A DNA stretch of 64,000 nt from Alphaproteobacteria bacterium (GCA_964291265.2 OZ219747.1:3680001-3744000); one strand, 5' to 3'; shown: positions 53,654 through 64,000, counted from the stretch's first letter. Notes: a model not told the origin generated them from the sequence alone. A program made the numbers and translations.

Positions 53654-54460
53654 TCAGGCGACCTCGGGATAGCCGCAGTCCCGTGCCATGGCGACAAAGG
53701 CATCGATCCGTTCGTAGGCCTCGCGCGGCAGGACAGCGAACCCCTTCAAGCGGAGGCGTCGCCGCACGTCGTCGTGGCGCGGGTCCGATGCGGCCGCCAA
53801 CAGGCCTTCGCGCAAAGCTCTCACCTCATCGTCACCACGGTGCAGAGAGGTGACGTAGGGAAGGGCCGGCGCGCTGCGGGTGGTGGCGAGAACCCGGATG
53901 CCATCCGTGGCATGGGGCATGGTGTCCTGCATGAGGGCAAGGGAAACGCAGTCGACGGAGCACACGTCGGCGGCGCCTTGCATGACCATCGCCACGGAGT
54001 CGCGATGACTCCCCGAAACACGGACATCGCCAAAAAAGGTCCCCGCGGAGGCAAGAGGAGCCATGGTGGCTCGCAGGGCATTGTAGCCCGAATGGGAATC
54101 GGCCCCGTTGACCGCCACCCGCAGACCCCGCAGATCCTCCAGTTCGGCCACGGGAGATTCGTGACGCACCAGGATCAGGCTGCAGTAGTCGCTTCCCCGG
54201 CAACAGGGCGCGTCATGCCGGGGGGTTGCCAGGAGCCGCAAGTGACCGGCAAACGCGTTCACCAGGGGCCAGCCGCAGGTCTGGGAGAGGAGGAGATCGC
54301 GGGACGCCCAGTGGTCATGGCGATCAGTCCTGTCAAGACGATCCGGTACATCGTCAAGACCCCGTTCCCGAAACGCCTGGGCCAGCGCTTGCCACCACGC
54401 ATCGTTGGCGTCCCGCAGCGGTTCAAGGTCGTACATGGGAAGGCTGGCAAGCCCCATCAT
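53654..54460 (-). CDS. PhnD/SsuA-like substrate-binding protein
   Basis: ASLPMYD, LLSQTCGWP, NGADSHSGYNAL, SGSHRDS, ADVCSVDCVS. Confidence 0.8.
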   Translation of the reverse strand: MMGLASLPMYDLEPLRDANDAWWQALAQAFRERGLDDVPDRLDRTDRHDHWASRDLLLSQTCGWPLVNAFAGHLRLLATPRHDAPCCRGSDYCSLILVRHESPVAELEDLRGLRVAVNGADSHSGYNALRATMAPLASAGTFFGDVRVSGSHRDSVAMVMQGAADVCSVDCVSLALMQDTMPHATDGIRVLATTRSAPALPYVTSLHRGDDEVRALREGLLAAASDPRHDDVRRRLRLKGFAVLPREAYERIDAFVAMARDCGYPEVA

Positions 54461-54882
54461 CCTGCTCCGGATGCCATCTGGCTCATGGATCCGGGACACT
54501 CTTCGAGACCATCGGTGATGGCGTACCACGAAGGGCGGTCGGCCGTGAAGATGTGCCGTTCAAGCTTCAGGTCCTGCGGATCATCCAGTGCTCCGGCAGC
54601 CACGGCAACGTACCCTGCTGCGGCCGGCTTCCAGAAGAGACTCGACCCGCACCTCATGCAGAAACCCCGTCTTGCCATGGGTGACGAGTCGTACCAGGAA
54701 AGCAGCCCGGTATCGCTGATGGCGAGACTCTCCCGGGAACATGCGCTGTAGGCGGCGACGTTGCCGTGAAATCTCCGACACTGACCACAGTGACAGGCAA
54801 TGATCTGCCGCATGCTTGCGTTGACCACGAAGCGCACGCCACCACACAGACACCCACCGGCAAACCGCTGTTCCTCGGCCAT
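54457..54882 (-). CDS. GFA (glutathione-dependent formaldehyde-activating) family protein
   Basis: GGCLCGGVRF..CHCGQCRR..RGFCMRCGSSLFW. Confidence 0.88.
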   Translation of the reverse strand: MAEEQRFAGGCLCGGVRFVVNASMRQIIACHCGQCRRFHGNVAAYSACSRESLAISDTGLLSWYDSSPMARRGFCMRCGSSLFWKPAAAGYVAVAAGALDDPQDLKLERHIFTADRPSWYAITDGLEECPGSMSQMASGAG

Positions 54883-55047
54883 TGACCGCATTCCCCACGT
54901 GATCGTCCGGACCGACCGTAACCCCTCCTTGCCGCGGAACAAGGGGGCAGGGTCGCCGCCAGGTGCCCGATGTGCTATGCGAAGGTTGCCACTCCTGCCC
55001 TGCTCCTCCTCGATGACCTCCCTTCCCGCGGTCGATGACACTGACCC

Positions 55048-55932
55048 TTGACGCAGCGCATCGATCTTTCCGTAATCGGACCGGTACTTTTCGTTTTCCT
55101 GTGGAGCACCGGGTTCATTGCCGCCAGGGCGGGGCTCGAGGAAGCGGGACCGGCCACCTTCCTGTTCCTGAGATTCTTCCTGGTCTCGGTTCTGATGCTC
55201 TGCCTCCTCCCGGTGCTGCGACCGGCCTGGCCGGCAAGCCCCGGGGCGTGGGTCCATCTGGCTACCCTGGGCATCATGATGCAGGTCGTCTACTTCGGTG
55301 GCGCCTGGATGGCGATGTCGACCGGTGTCGGTGCCGGCACCGCTGCCCTCGTCCTCTCCCTGCAGCCCGTTCTCACCGCACTGCTTGCCGGACCCGTGCT
55401 TGGCGAACGCCTTCAGCACCGTCAGTGGCTCGGCCTTGGTCTCGGGGTTGCCGGCGTCCTCATGGTCGTCGACCACAAGCTCGCTCTGGGACTGGGCAGT
55501 GTCGCCGGAATGATCTATTGTCTGGGATCGCTGCTGGGCATCACGACGGGTACTCTCTACCAGAAACGGTTCTGTCCGGCGCTGGATGTCTCTTCGGGCC
55601 TTCTTGTCCAGTTCATCACCGCGACCGTCATCTTCCTGCCACTGGCATCCCTGGAGGGCTGGCGAGTGACATGGAGCCAGCAGTTCGTCGCCGCACTGAT
55701 GTGGGTCGCCGTTCTGCTGTCCCTCGTGTCGGTCATGCTTCTCACTCTCATGATCAGGCGTCACGAGGCCTCGCGCATCACGAGTCTCTTTTTCCTCGTG
55801 CCACCCGTCACCGCTCTCATCGCGTGGCTGGTACTCGGCGAAACCATGAACATGGTGGCCCTCGCTGGCATGTCGCTCGCCGTTGCCGGCGTCGCTCTGG
55901 TGGTCAGCGGCGGCCCCAGGACTCGGGCATGA
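55048..55932 (+). CDS. DMT/EamA family transporter
   Basis: FVFLWSTGFI, LQPVLTA, GTLYQKRF, SLFFLVPPVTALIAWLVLGE. Confidence 0.88.
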   Translation: MTQRIDLSVIGPVLFVFLWSTGFIAARAGLEEAGPATFLFLRFFLVSVLMLCLLPVLRPAWPASPGAWVHLATLGIMMQVVYFGGAWMAMSTGVGAGTAALVLSLQPVLTALLAGPVLGERLQHRQWLGLGLGVAGVLMVVDHKLALGLGSVAGMIYCLGSLLGITTGTLYQKRFCPALDVSSGLLVQFITATVIFLPLASLEGWRVTWSQQFVAALMWVAVLLSLVSVMLLTLMIRRHEASRITSLFFLVPPVTALIAWLVLGETMNMVALAGMSLAVAGVALVVSGGPRTRA

Positions 55933-56954
55933 CGACAACCCGGCTCCGCGAATGCGCCCTGACCTTGACGATCGCCGCATGTGGCGGCGTTCTCTGCGGC
56001 GCCTCAGGCGTCCCGGCTGGATGGCTGGCCGGGCCCATGATCGCCGTTGCCGCGGCTGCTGTCCTTCGCGTTCCCGTGACCATGCCGGCGCCGCTGCGCG
56101 ACGGTGCCTTTGCCGTTCTCGGCACCATGATCGGCACCACGGTGGATCGGCGCACACTCGAAGCAATGCCGGAATGGCCGGTGTCTGTCGTCGGGCTCGT
56201 CATCGGTATCGCGATCATGCTCGCCGTCATACCCGCCTGGCTTCATCGCCTGCACGGCATCGACCACAAGACCGCAAGGATGTGCGCCATGCCCGGCGCC
56301 ATGAGTTTCGTCATCCTTCATGCCATCGAGACCGGCGCCGACAGCCGGCGTGTCGCCATTCTTCAGATCCTGCGTCTGTCCACCATGCTTCTGGTGGTGC
56401 CGGGACTCTTTGCGATCATCCATGACAGCGGACCGCTGCGGGCATCAGGCGATGCTCCTTTCCTTTCGTGGCCGCTGGCCCTTGGCCTTGTCGCCGCCGG
56501 GTACGCCGTGTTTCCGCTGGCGCGCAGACTGCGGTTCCCGGCACCGGCATTCTTCGCCCCGATGTGCCTGTCGGCCGGCCTGTCGCTGACCGGCTGGTTC
56601 GATCACGGATCCCTGCCCCTCGAACTCATGCTCCCGGCACTGGTTGTCAGCGGTGCGGCGATCGGCTCACGTTTCCGTGACACATCGCCACGCTACCTGC
56701 TCGAAAGCGTCAGAGCCGGGCTGGGGAGCGTGATTCTCGCCCTGGCCATCACGGGAACGCTGGCCTGGGCGGTTGCTCGCATCACGTCGTTTCCCTTCCT
56801 GCAGGTGCTGCTCGCCTACGCTCCGGGCGGTGTCGAGATGATGACGGTCCTCGCCCTTTCCCTGGGCCTCGACCCGGCCTTCGTCGCCGGCCACCAACTC
56901 ATGCGATTCCTCGCCGTCTGCCTCATCCTCCCCTTCCTCGTGACACGGTCCTGA
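55929..56954 (+). CDS. AbrB-family membrane protein
   Basis: VPAGWLAGPM, AMPGAMS, LAYAPGGVEMM..DPAFVAGHQLMR. Confidence 0.82.
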   Translation: MTTTRLRECALTLTIAACGGVLCGASGVPAGWLAGPMIAVAAAAVLRVPVTMPAPLRDGAFAVLGTMIGTTVDRRTLEAMPEWPVSVVGLVIGIAIMLAVIPAWLHRLHGIDHKTARMCAMPGAMSFVILHAIETGADSRRVAILQILRLSTMLLVVPGLFAIIHDSGPLRASGDAPFLSWPLALGLVAAGYAVFPLARRLRFPAPAFFAPMCLSAGLSLTGWFDHGSLPLELMLPALVVSGAAIGSRFRDTSPRYLLESVRAGLGSVILALAITGTLAWAVARITSFPFLQVLLAYAPGGVEMMTVLALSLGLDPAFVAGHQLMRFLAVCLILPFLVTRS

Positions 56955-57271
56955 CAGCGCCGATGGCGCAGCGACCGGTCAAGGACAATCCCATGCACAA
57001 GGCTTCAGCCTGCCGCGTCAGGGGGCGGTGCGGTTTCCGGAAGCTCCCGTGAGCAACACCCGGATGCGACCGGTTCCCGGACGGACATGCAGGGAAACCG
57101 GTCTGCCCGGTCCGCCTGCCCGAATCGGGGCGAGCGCACCTGGCATCCGCCTCCATGATGCCGTTGCCTCGGATCGTGCCGGCAAACCCGATGTTGAATT
57201 TGCCCTCCATGGTCGACACACTGAACGAAGGGAATGCACATGGGAAATCCCGGTTGAAGGGGGGAGATATC

Positions 57272-58312
57272 ATGCCGAAGTTGACAAGCCTGAAGACAGC
57301 GGCCGCAGTCGCGGCACTGGCGGTGGTCACCGGCTTGGCCGGGGAGGCCGCGGCCGAGGGCGAACTCGTGATCGCCACCTTCGGCGGCTCGTTCGCCGAG
57401 GACACCAAGGCCTGCCATGTCGAGGCCTTCGAGAAGGCGACCGGCGCCAAGGGCATCATCACGCTTGGCAGTTCCGTCGACACTGCGGCCAAGATCCGTG
57501 CCACGGCGGGCAGTCCGGATATCGACGTCGCCTACATGGACATTTCGATCGCCAAGCAGATCAAGAACGAGGGGCTGCTGGAGACGGTCGATTTCGCGAA
57601 CCTCACCAACTACGGTGCCGTCGCCAACCAGGCCTTCGATACCGACGGGCAGTACGTCAACTTCATGACGGCGGCGACCGTGATCGCCTACAATCCGAAC
57701 GAAATCGCGACCCCGCCCGATTCCTGGAAGGATCTCTTCGATCCTGAGTATGCCGGCCGGGTGGCGCTTGGCGACATCACCGGCACCTCGGGCATGCACT
57801 TCCTGATCGCCGTCAACAGGCTGAAGGGCGGCGACTTCGAGAGTCAGGATGCAGGCTTCGCCGCAATCGCGGAGATGATGCCGGGTGTCGTGATGCTCTA
57901 CACCCAGGCCGACCAGCTCGTACAGCTCTTCGAGCGCGGCGAGATCGTGATCGCGCCCTGGTACCCGGACCGGATCGGTTCGGCTGCCGACAAGGGCGTG
58001 CCCGTCGCGGTCGCCTATCCCAGGGAAGGCGCCGTCGGGATCCAGCCGACCGTCTCGGTGCCGAAGGGCTCGCAGAACACGGATCTCGCGATGGCCTACA
58101 TCGACATTCTGCTCTCGGCCGAGGGCCAGAAGTGCTTTGCCGAGAAGAAGTACGCCGGACCGGTGAACACCAGAGTCGAGCTCAGCGACAAGGTCAAGGC
58201 GATCGTTCCCTTCGGCGCCAGCTACGACAGTCTCTGGTATCCGGACAGCGACGAGATCGCACGGCTGCGTCCCGGCTGGACCGAGCGCTGGCAAAGAGAG
58301 ATTGCCAACTGA
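57272..58312 (+). CDS. ABC transporter substrate-binding protein (PotD/PotF-like)
   Basis: Signal peptide, ATFGGSF, IAYN, PDSWKDLFDP, YPREGA. Confidence 0.88.
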   Translation: MPKLTSLKTAAAVAALAVVTGLAGEAAAEGELVIATFGGSFAEDTKACHVEAFEKATGAKGIITLGSSVDTAAKIRATAGSPDIDVAYMDISIAKQIKNEGLLETVDFANLTNYGAVANQAFDTDGQYVNFMTAATVIAYNPNEIATPPDSWKDLFDPEYAGRVALGDITGTSGMHFLIAVNRLKGGDFESQDAGFAAIAEMMPGVVMLYTQADQLVQLFERGEIVIAPWYPDRIGSAADKGVPVAVAYPREGAVGIQPTVSVPKGSQNTDLAMAYIDILLSAEGQKCFAEKKYAGPVNTRVELSDKVKAIVPFGASYDSLWYPDSDEIARLRPGWTERWQREIAN

Positions 58313-58363
58313 GAATCGGTCCTGCAGGTGGCGGCCCGACCGCCGCCTGCTGCCGGTGCCGCC

Positions 58364-59425
58364 ATGGCGACGCTGGAGATCAGTGGCCTGACCAAGCGCT
58401 TCGGCTCCGTCGTTGCGGTTGATGCCTTCGCGCTCGAGATCGAGCCGGGCATGCTGGTCTCGCTGCTTGGCCCCTCGGGTTGCGGCAAGAGCACGATCCT
58501 GAGGGTGATTGCGGGTTTGCTGGAACCCGATGCCGGCACCATCCGCATCGGCGGAGAGGACATCACCTGGCGCCCGCCGCACAGGCGCAACATCGGGCTC
58601 GTGTTCCAGTCCTACGCGCTTTTCCCGCATATGAGCGTTTTCGAGAACGTGGCCTTCGGTCTGCGTCGGCGGCGGGTCGGCGAAGCGGCAATCCGCCGCC
58701 GCGTCGGCGAGGCGCTGGCGCTGGTGCGGCTCTCCGGACTCGAGCGGCGGTTGCCGAACGAGCTTTCGGGTGGTCAGCAGCAGCGCGTGGCGTTGGCTCG
58801 GGCGATTGCGCCGCAACCTGCACTCCTGCTCCTCGACGAGCCGCTCTCGAACCTCGACGCCAAGCTCCGCCACACCATGCGCCTGGAGCTGCGCCGGCTG
58901 CAGCAGGAGCTCGGCGTCACCACCGTCTTCGTCACCCATGATCAGGAGGAGGCGCTGACGATGTCGGACCGGATCTGCGTCCTCGCCGAAGGCGTGCTCC
59001 AGCAGGTCGGCACACCGCGCCAGATCTACGATGCGCCCGGCAACGCGTTTGTTGCCGAGTTCTTCGGCCGGTCGAACGGCTTCGACGGCCGGGTCACTGC
59101 GACGGGCGTGCCGACCACCGTCGCGCTCTCGGAAAACGTCGAGCTGGCCACCAGCCACCTCCCGGCGGATCTTGCCCCCGGCGACCCGGTGCGCGTGACG
59201 ATCCGCCAGGAGAACGTCGCCATCTCCGCGGCCGGAGGACTGACGGGCACCATGGAGCTTGTCTCCTTCGCCGGTTCGACGGCCCAGTTCCTGGTGCGGC
59301 TGCCAGACGGGATCGAGTTGAATGCCGAGATCCGGATCGGCCGCGGCGAGACGCTGCCTGAGGCCGGTCGTCCTGTCCGGCTGACGATCGCTCCGGAAGA
59401 TGTCATCGTGATGCCGAATTCATGA
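58364..59425 (+). CDS. ABC transporter ATP-binding protein (PotA-like)
   Basis: GPSGCGKS, LSGGQQQRVALARA, LLLDEP, TOBE tail. Confidence 0.92.
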   Translation: MATLEISGLTKRFGSVVAVDAFALEIEPGMLVSLLGPSGCGKSTILRVIAGLLEPDAGTIRIGGEDITWRPPHRRNIGLVFQSYALFPHMSVFENVAFGLRRRRVGEAAIRRRVGEALALVRLSGLERRLPNELSGGQQQRVALARAIAPQPALLLLDEPLSNLDAKLRHTMRLELRRLQQELGVTTVFVTHDQEEALTMSDRICVLAEGVLQQVGTPRQIYDAPGNAFVAEFFGRSNGFDGRVTATGVPTTVALSENVELATSHLPADLAPGDPVRVTIRQENVAISAAGGLTGTMELVSFAGSTAQFLVRLPDGIELNAEIRIGRGETLPEAGRPVRLTIAPEDVIVMPNS

Positions 59426-60288
59426 AACGCGGCGCCACGGCCTGGCTCGACCGCTCGGGCACCGGGCTCCTGTCCCCGGCACTTGTGGTGCTCCTGGCGA
59501 TCTTCGCGGCGCCACTCCTGTTTCTCGTGCCGACGAGCCTGCATCCCTACGTTCCCGGCAGGGGGATCGGCGCAGAATGGACGCTCGCCAACTACGCTGA
59601 CATCCTCGGCGATAGCTTCTATCTCGCGATCATCGGCCGAACGCTTGCGCTCGGCCTGATTGTGGTCCTGACGACGCTCCTGATTGGCTATCCGCTGGCC
59701 TACTATCTTGCCCGGACGAGAACATGGGCGCGGCCCTGGCTGATCATTCTGGTGGTCTTCCCGCTCCTTCTGAACCTCGTCGTGCGTTCCTTCGGCTGGA
59801 TCGTGCTCCTGGCCAATCGCGGACTGATCAACGACTGGCTGCGCGCAGCCGAGATCATCGACAAGCCGATCAAGCTCATGTTCGGCTTTTCGGGGCTGCT
59901 GATCGGGCTCAGCCACATCTTTCTGCCCTTCATGGTGCTGGTGCTGATCGGCGCCATCCAGAACATTCCACGTGATACCGAGGACGCCGCCCGCACTCTC
60001 GGCGCATCCAGCCACGAGGTGTTCCTGAAGGTCACGCTGCCGCTCAGCTTGCCCGGCATCCTCTCCGGCGCGATCCTCGTCTTCGTCCTGACGATCAGCG
60101 CCCTTGTGACGCCACGACTCCTCGGCGGGCCGACCTACAAGGTGATGTCGACACTGATCTTCGACGAGTTCCTGCAGGTCCTGAACTGGCCCCGAGGAGC
60201 GGCGATGGCCTTCATCCTGACGGCGATCGTGCTGGCGCTGGTCTGGCTTTCGGCCCTTCTGGCCCGGAAGCTGGCGATAGTGAGATGA
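59422..60288 (+). CDS. ABC permease (PotB-like)
   Basis: GYPLAY, VRSFGW, EDAARTLGA, LPLSLPG. Confidence 0.9.
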   Translation: MKRGATAWLDRSGTGLLSPALVVLLAIFAAPLLFLVPTSLHPYVPGRGIGAEWTLANYADILGDSFYLAIIGRTLALGLIVVLTTLLIGYPLAYYLARTRTWARPWLIILVVFPLLLNLVVRSFGWIVLLANRGLINDWLRAAEIIDKPIKLMFGFSGLLIGLSHIFLPFMVLVLIGAIQNIPRDTEDAARTLGASSHEVFLKVTLPLSLPGILSGAILVFVLTISALVTPRLLGGPTYKVMSTLIFDEFLQVLNWPRGAAMAFILTAIVLALVWLSALLARKLAIVR

Positions 60289-61103
60289 ACGCGCGCCCTC
60301 CCCTCGGCCACCGGCTCTCAGGGGCCGTCTCCGGCGCGGCGCTGCCGCTCTATGCGGCGCTGGCGCTCATCTTCCTGCAACTGCCCGTGATCATCGTCGT
60401 CCTTGCCTCGTTCACCACCAAGTCCTACCTGACTGTGCCGCCGGTCGGCTTCACGCTCGACTGGTACTGGCGCGTCCTCGGCGACGAATCCTACATCGAC
60501 GCGATCCTCTACAGCCTGGCGCTGGCGCTGGCAGCGACGGCGTTCTCGCTCGTCTTCGGCACTGCGGCAGCCTATGCGCTCATTCGGCGCAAGGTGCCCG
60601 GGAGCGACGCGGTCGCCGCCGTTCTGATGGCGCCGCTGGTCTTCCCGGCCGTTGTCGTCGCCGTGGCGCTCCTGCAGTACTACACGCTGACGGGCGTACG
60701 CGGATCGTTTGCAGCGATCGCTGCGGCCCATGTGCTGATCACGCTGCCCTATGTGGTTCGAAGCGTGCTGGCGAGCCTCGCCGGCACCGACCCGGCGCTG
60801 GAGGAGGCGGCTCGCACCCTCGGCGCCGATGCCTGGACCGCCTTCGCCAAGGCGACGCTGCCCTTGATCAAGCCGGGGCTGGTGGCCGGCGGCATCTTCT
60901 CCTTCATTGTCTCCTTCGACAACGTGCCCGTCTCGATCTTCCTCGTCAGCGTGCGCAAGACAACGCTTCCGGTGAAGATCTTCACCGCCGTCGAGCATGG
61001 CATCGATCCCGGCATCGCGGCAGTCTCGACATTGCTGATCATCGTCACCGGCCTCTGCCTCGTTGTCGCCGAGCGCTGGGTCGGATTCCACCGCTTCGCC
61101 TGA
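60285..61103 (+). CDS. ABC permease (PotC-like)
   Basis: GFTLDWY, LEEAARTLGA, SFIVSFD, TLPV. Confidence 0.9.
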   Translation: MNARPPLGHRLSGAVSGAALPLYAALALIFLQLPVIIVVLASFTTKSYLTVPPVGFTLDWYWRVLGDESYIDAILYSLALALAATAFSLVFGTAAAYALIRRKVPGSDAVAAVLMAPLVFPAVVVAVALLQYYTLTGVRGSFAAIAAAHVLITLPYVVRSVLASLAGTDPALEEAARTLGADAWTAFAKATLPLIKPGLVAGGIFSFIVSFDNVPVSIFLVSVRKTTLPVKIFTAVEHGIDPGIAAVSTLLIIVTGLCLVVAERWVGFHRFA

Positions 61104-61122
61104 CCAGAGAAGGAGAGCACCC

Positions 61123-61950
61123 ATGCCCCTCGCCCCGAACGGCTTTCCCGTCATGCTGACCTTCGATCTGGACGCCGAGACCATGTGGACCGCTCGCGAC
61201 CCCGACAACGCTCAGCGACCCATCGTGATGTCCCAGGGAGCCTATGGCTGGAAGGTTGGCACCAGGCGCATTCTCGACCTCCTTGACCGCCATGCCATCA
61301 GGTCGACCTTCTTCGTGCCGGGCCTCGTGATCGAGCAGCGCTGGGCGCTCTGCGAGGAGATCCTGGAGCGGGGCCACGAAATCGCTCACCACAGCTGGTC
61401 GCACGCCTGGATCATCAATCTCACGGCCGAGGAGGAACGCGAGGAGATGGAGCGCGGCATCGAGATCATCGAGCGGCTGACCGGCCGAGCCCCCGCTGGC
61501 TGGCGCTCGCCTGCCGCCGAGTTCAGCCCGATCACCATGGATCTGCTCCTGGAGAAGGGCTTTCGCTACTCCTCGAACTTCTTCGACGATGATTCGCCCT
61601 ACCTGCACGTTGTCGGTGGCCGGCGAACCGATCTGGTCGAATTCCCGTTCGCCTGGGTGCTCGACGACGCGCCGTTCTTCCAGTACTCGATCACGCTTCC
61701 GGGGCGGACAATGCAGACACCCTCTGCGGTGGCGGAGGCCTGGTGCGCCGAATACGACACGCTCCATCACGAGGATCGAGCCTTCACACTGGCGATGCAC
61801 CCCCAGATCATCGGCCGCGGCTCTCGGCTCGTGGCGCTCGAACGGCTGATCGAGCATGCGTTGGGCAAGGGCGGGGCCTGGTTCGCCCGCTGCGACGAAG
61901 CGGCCGAGGCGATCCGGCCGGCGCTTGAGGCGACCGGGGGCGGGACATGA
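61123..61950 (+). CDS. Polysaccharide deacetylase family (PuuE/HP0310-like)
   Basis: TFDLDAE, SQGAYG, TFFVPG, HEIAHHSWSH, GWRSP, MHPQIIGR. Confidence 0.85.
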   Translation: MPLAPNGFPVMLTFDLDAETMWTARDPDNAQRPIVMSQGAYGWKVGTRRILDLLDRHAIRSTFFVPGLVIEQRWALCEEILERGHEIAHHSWSHAWIINLTAEEEREEMERGIEIIERLTGRAPAGWRSPAAEFSPITMDLLLEKGFRYSSNFFDDDSPYLHVVGGRRTDLVEFPFAWVLDDAPFFQYSITLPGRTMQTPSAVAEAWCAEYDTLHHEDRAFTLAMHPQIIGRGSRLVALERLIEHALGKGGAWFARCDEAAEAIRPALEATGGGT

Positions 61951-62711
61951 GGCTCGCGGACCGACGCATCCTTGTGACGGGGGCCGCCTCCGGAATCGGC
62001 CGGGCAACGGCCGCGCTCTTCCGGGCCGAGGGCGCGGCGGTAGCGATGCTCGATCAGAACGGCACGATGCTGGAGCAGGCCGCACGGGAGGTCGCCGCCA
62101 GCGCGGGGCCGGCCGTGCACGCGCTTGTCGCGAATGTCGCGGACGAGAATCAGGTGGCAGAGGCCGTCGGCAGGGGCGCCGCGGCGCTCGGCGGGCTCGA
62201 TGGCCTTGTGGGCGCTGCCGGAATCGACCTGCTCCGGCCGTTCTCGGAGATGAAGGCGGAGGACTGGCGCGCGGTACTCGACGTCAATCTGACCGGCGCG
62301 TTCCTTGTCACCCACGCTGCTCTGGCGCACCTGTACGAAGCCGGACGGGGAACGGTCGTGCAAATCGCGTCCGGCGCGGCGCTGCGGCCGCTTGAGGCAC
62401 GCACGGCTTACTGCGCGTCAAAGGCCGGGCTCGTGATGTTCGCCAAGGCGCTTGCCGTCGATCTCGCGGCGACCAACATCCGCGTCAACGCAATCTGCCC
62501 CGGCATCATCGACACACCGCTCTTGCGCCAGTCTTTCGAGGCCGCCGCGGATCCGGATGCCGAGCTCGAGCGCATTCTCGACCGCTATCTGATCCGCCGG
62601 GCCGGCAAGGCCCAGGACATTGCCCATGCCGCGCTCTTCCTCAGCTCTGTCGAATCGGCTCATGTCACTGGTACGGCACTCGCCGTTGACGGCGGCCGGA
62701 CATTTCACTGA
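61947..62711 (+). CDS. SDR oxidoreductase
   Basis: TGAASGIG, YCASK, RVNAICPG, VDGG. Confidence 0.9.
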   Translation: MRLADRRILVTGAASGIGRATAALFRAEGAAVAMLDQNGTMLEQAAREVAASAGPAVHALVANVADENQVAEAVGRGAAALGGLDGLVGAAGIDLLRPFSEMKAEDWRAVLDVNLTGAFLVTHAALAHLYEAGRGTVVQIASGAALRPLEARTAYCASKAGLVMFAKALAVDLAATNIRVNAICPGIIDTPLLRQSFEAAADPDAELERILDRYLIRRAGKAQDIAHAALFLSSVESAHVTGTALAVDGGRTFH

Positions 62712-62723
62712 GAAGATCCCGCG

Positions 62724-63479
62724 ATGTCCCCCTTCACGATCGACGGCGTGGCGCTTGTTACCGGTGCCGCCAACGGTATCGGCCGAGCGAGTGCGCTGGC
62801 ACTGGCCGAGGCCGGCGCGGACCTTGTTGTCCTCGACATTGATGCCGGCCTGCTTGGCGAGTTGGCCGACGAGATCCGCTCCATGGGCCGGCGGGTTCTC
62901 GATCTGGCGCTCGACTGCACCGATGCTGCCGCCATGGCCCGCGCCGTCGAGACGACCGGGACCTTCGGTCCGGTCGAGGTGCTCTTCAACAATGTCGGCC
63001 AGAGCGCCCGGGAGCGGGCCGGCCCGTTCATCGACTCCAGCGAGGAAACCTGGCGCTTCGTCGTCGAGATCTCGCTGATGACAACCCTGCGAACCAGCCG
63101 CCTTGTCGCACCCGCCATGGTCGCGCGCGGCCGCGGCAGCATCATCAACATGTCGACGGAGTCGGCCTTCTTCGGGGACACCGGGCTCGCCGACTATGCC
63201 GCAGCGAAGATGGGCGTCATCGGCTTCACCCGCTCGATTGCCCGCGAACTCGCACCGAACGGCATCAGGGTCAACGCCGTCGCCCCCGGAGCGATCCGGA
63301 CCCGTGCACACGACCGCTTGCCCCGCGAGGTGATCGACCGGATCCGGGGCAGTGTGCCCCTTGGCTTCGTTGGCGTGCCCGAGGATGTCGCGAGCGTCGT
63401 CGTCTTTCTCGCCAGCGGCGCCAGCCGATACGTCACCGGCCAGACCCTGCTGATCGATGGCGGGCGCTGGATGATCTGA
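62724..63479 (+). CDS. SDR oxidoreductase
   Basis: TGAANGIG, NNVG, YAAAK, RVNAVAPG, TGQTLLIDGG. Confidence 0.9.
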   Translation: MSPFTIDGVALVTGAANGIGRASALALAEAGADLVVLDIDAGLLGELADEIRSMGRRVLDLALDCTDAAAMARAVETTGTFGPVEVLFNNVGQSARERAGPFIDSSEETWRFVVEISLMTTLRTSRLVAPAMVARGRGSIINMSTESAFFGDTGLADYAAAKMGVIGFTRSIARELAPNGIRVNAVAPGAIRTRAHDRLPREVIDRIRGSVPLGFVGVPEDVASVVVFLASGASRYVTGQTLLIDGGRWMI

Positions 63480-63583
63480 CAGTCGCGCCATCAGCTCCCC
63501 ATGTTGCGCACTCCTGCAGTCTCCGCTCCCCTTCGTTCAAGACAACCCGCAGGCCCATTCTCACAGAGACACCGAGGAGCTCG

Positions 63584-64000
63584 ATGACCGACCTGAACGA
63601 CCTTTCCGCTGCCGAGATTGTTCGGCGCGTCCGCGTCCGCGAGGTCAAGGCCGCCGAGGTGGTCGAGGCCGCGCTCGCCCGGATCGCGGCGACCGAGCCG
63701 ACGGCGAACGCCTTCATCCATGTCGATTCAGCCGGAGCGCGGGCGGCCGCCGCAGAGATCGACAGGCGGGTTGCGGCCGGCGAGGACCCGGGATCGCTCG
63801 CCGGCGTGCCGGTCTCGGTCAAGGATCTCGTTCATGTCGAGGGCATGCCGACGACGTTCGGCTCGCGCGCCTTCCAAGGCACGGCAGCGCCCGGCGACGC
63901 GATCCCGGTCGCGCGGCTGCGCGACGCCGGCGCCGTGCTGGTCGGCAAGACGACGACACCCGAATTCGGCCACAAGGCGATCACGGCAAGTCCGCTCTTT
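63584..64000 (+). CDS. Amidase signature family protein, truncated by window end
   Basis: MTDLNDLSAAE..LAGVPVSVKDL..TTFGS..GAVLVGKTTTPEFG; GAGGAG RBS. Confidence 0.88.
   Translation, partial: MTDLNDLSAAEIVRRVRVREVKAAEVVEAALARIAATEPTANAFIHVDSAGARAAAAEIDRRVAAGEDPGSLAGVPVSVKDLVHVEGMPTTFGSRAFQGTAAPGDAIPVARLRDAGAVLVGKTTTPEFGHKAITASPLF

Noticed and set aside
49045-53672. Long plus-strand ORFs (793 aa, 580 aa) and similar antisense ORFs elsewhere
   Set aside because: Shadow ORFs opposite alaS, recA and dksA, expected in high-GC DNA
1-64000. CRISPR array, rRNA, retron or other reverse-transcriptase system
   Set aside because: No regularly spaced repeats, cas genes, rRNA signatures or RT motifs noticed by eye

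Overview
GC-rich bacterial window, most likely an alphaproteobacterium (glyQ-glyS-ppdK, recA-alaS, one-Cys dksA, GAAC-N7-GAAC SOS boxes). It has two mobile-element graveyards (1-11.6 kb, 33.8-38.6 kb) around catabolic genes for amines/sulfonates and a housekeeping block. In the first 10 kb, three unrelated IS families each carry a putative DNA-modifying passenger. One is an intact IS66 (15-bp IRs, 8-bp TSD) encoding a Dam-type adenine methyltransferase; the others are ISAs1 and IS4 transposases fused to a DUF4338 (DruA/Mom-like) domain. Other highlights: a tandem two-domain bacterioferritin that keeps both heme Met ligands but has lost most ferroxidase ligands; a UGSC selenoprotein operon (in-frame TGA plus SECIS-like hairpin); a duplicated unknown gene among IS relics; three TA loci (one intact, two inactivated); tRNA-Val(CAC). 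All family calls come from motif recognition by eye; no searches were run.
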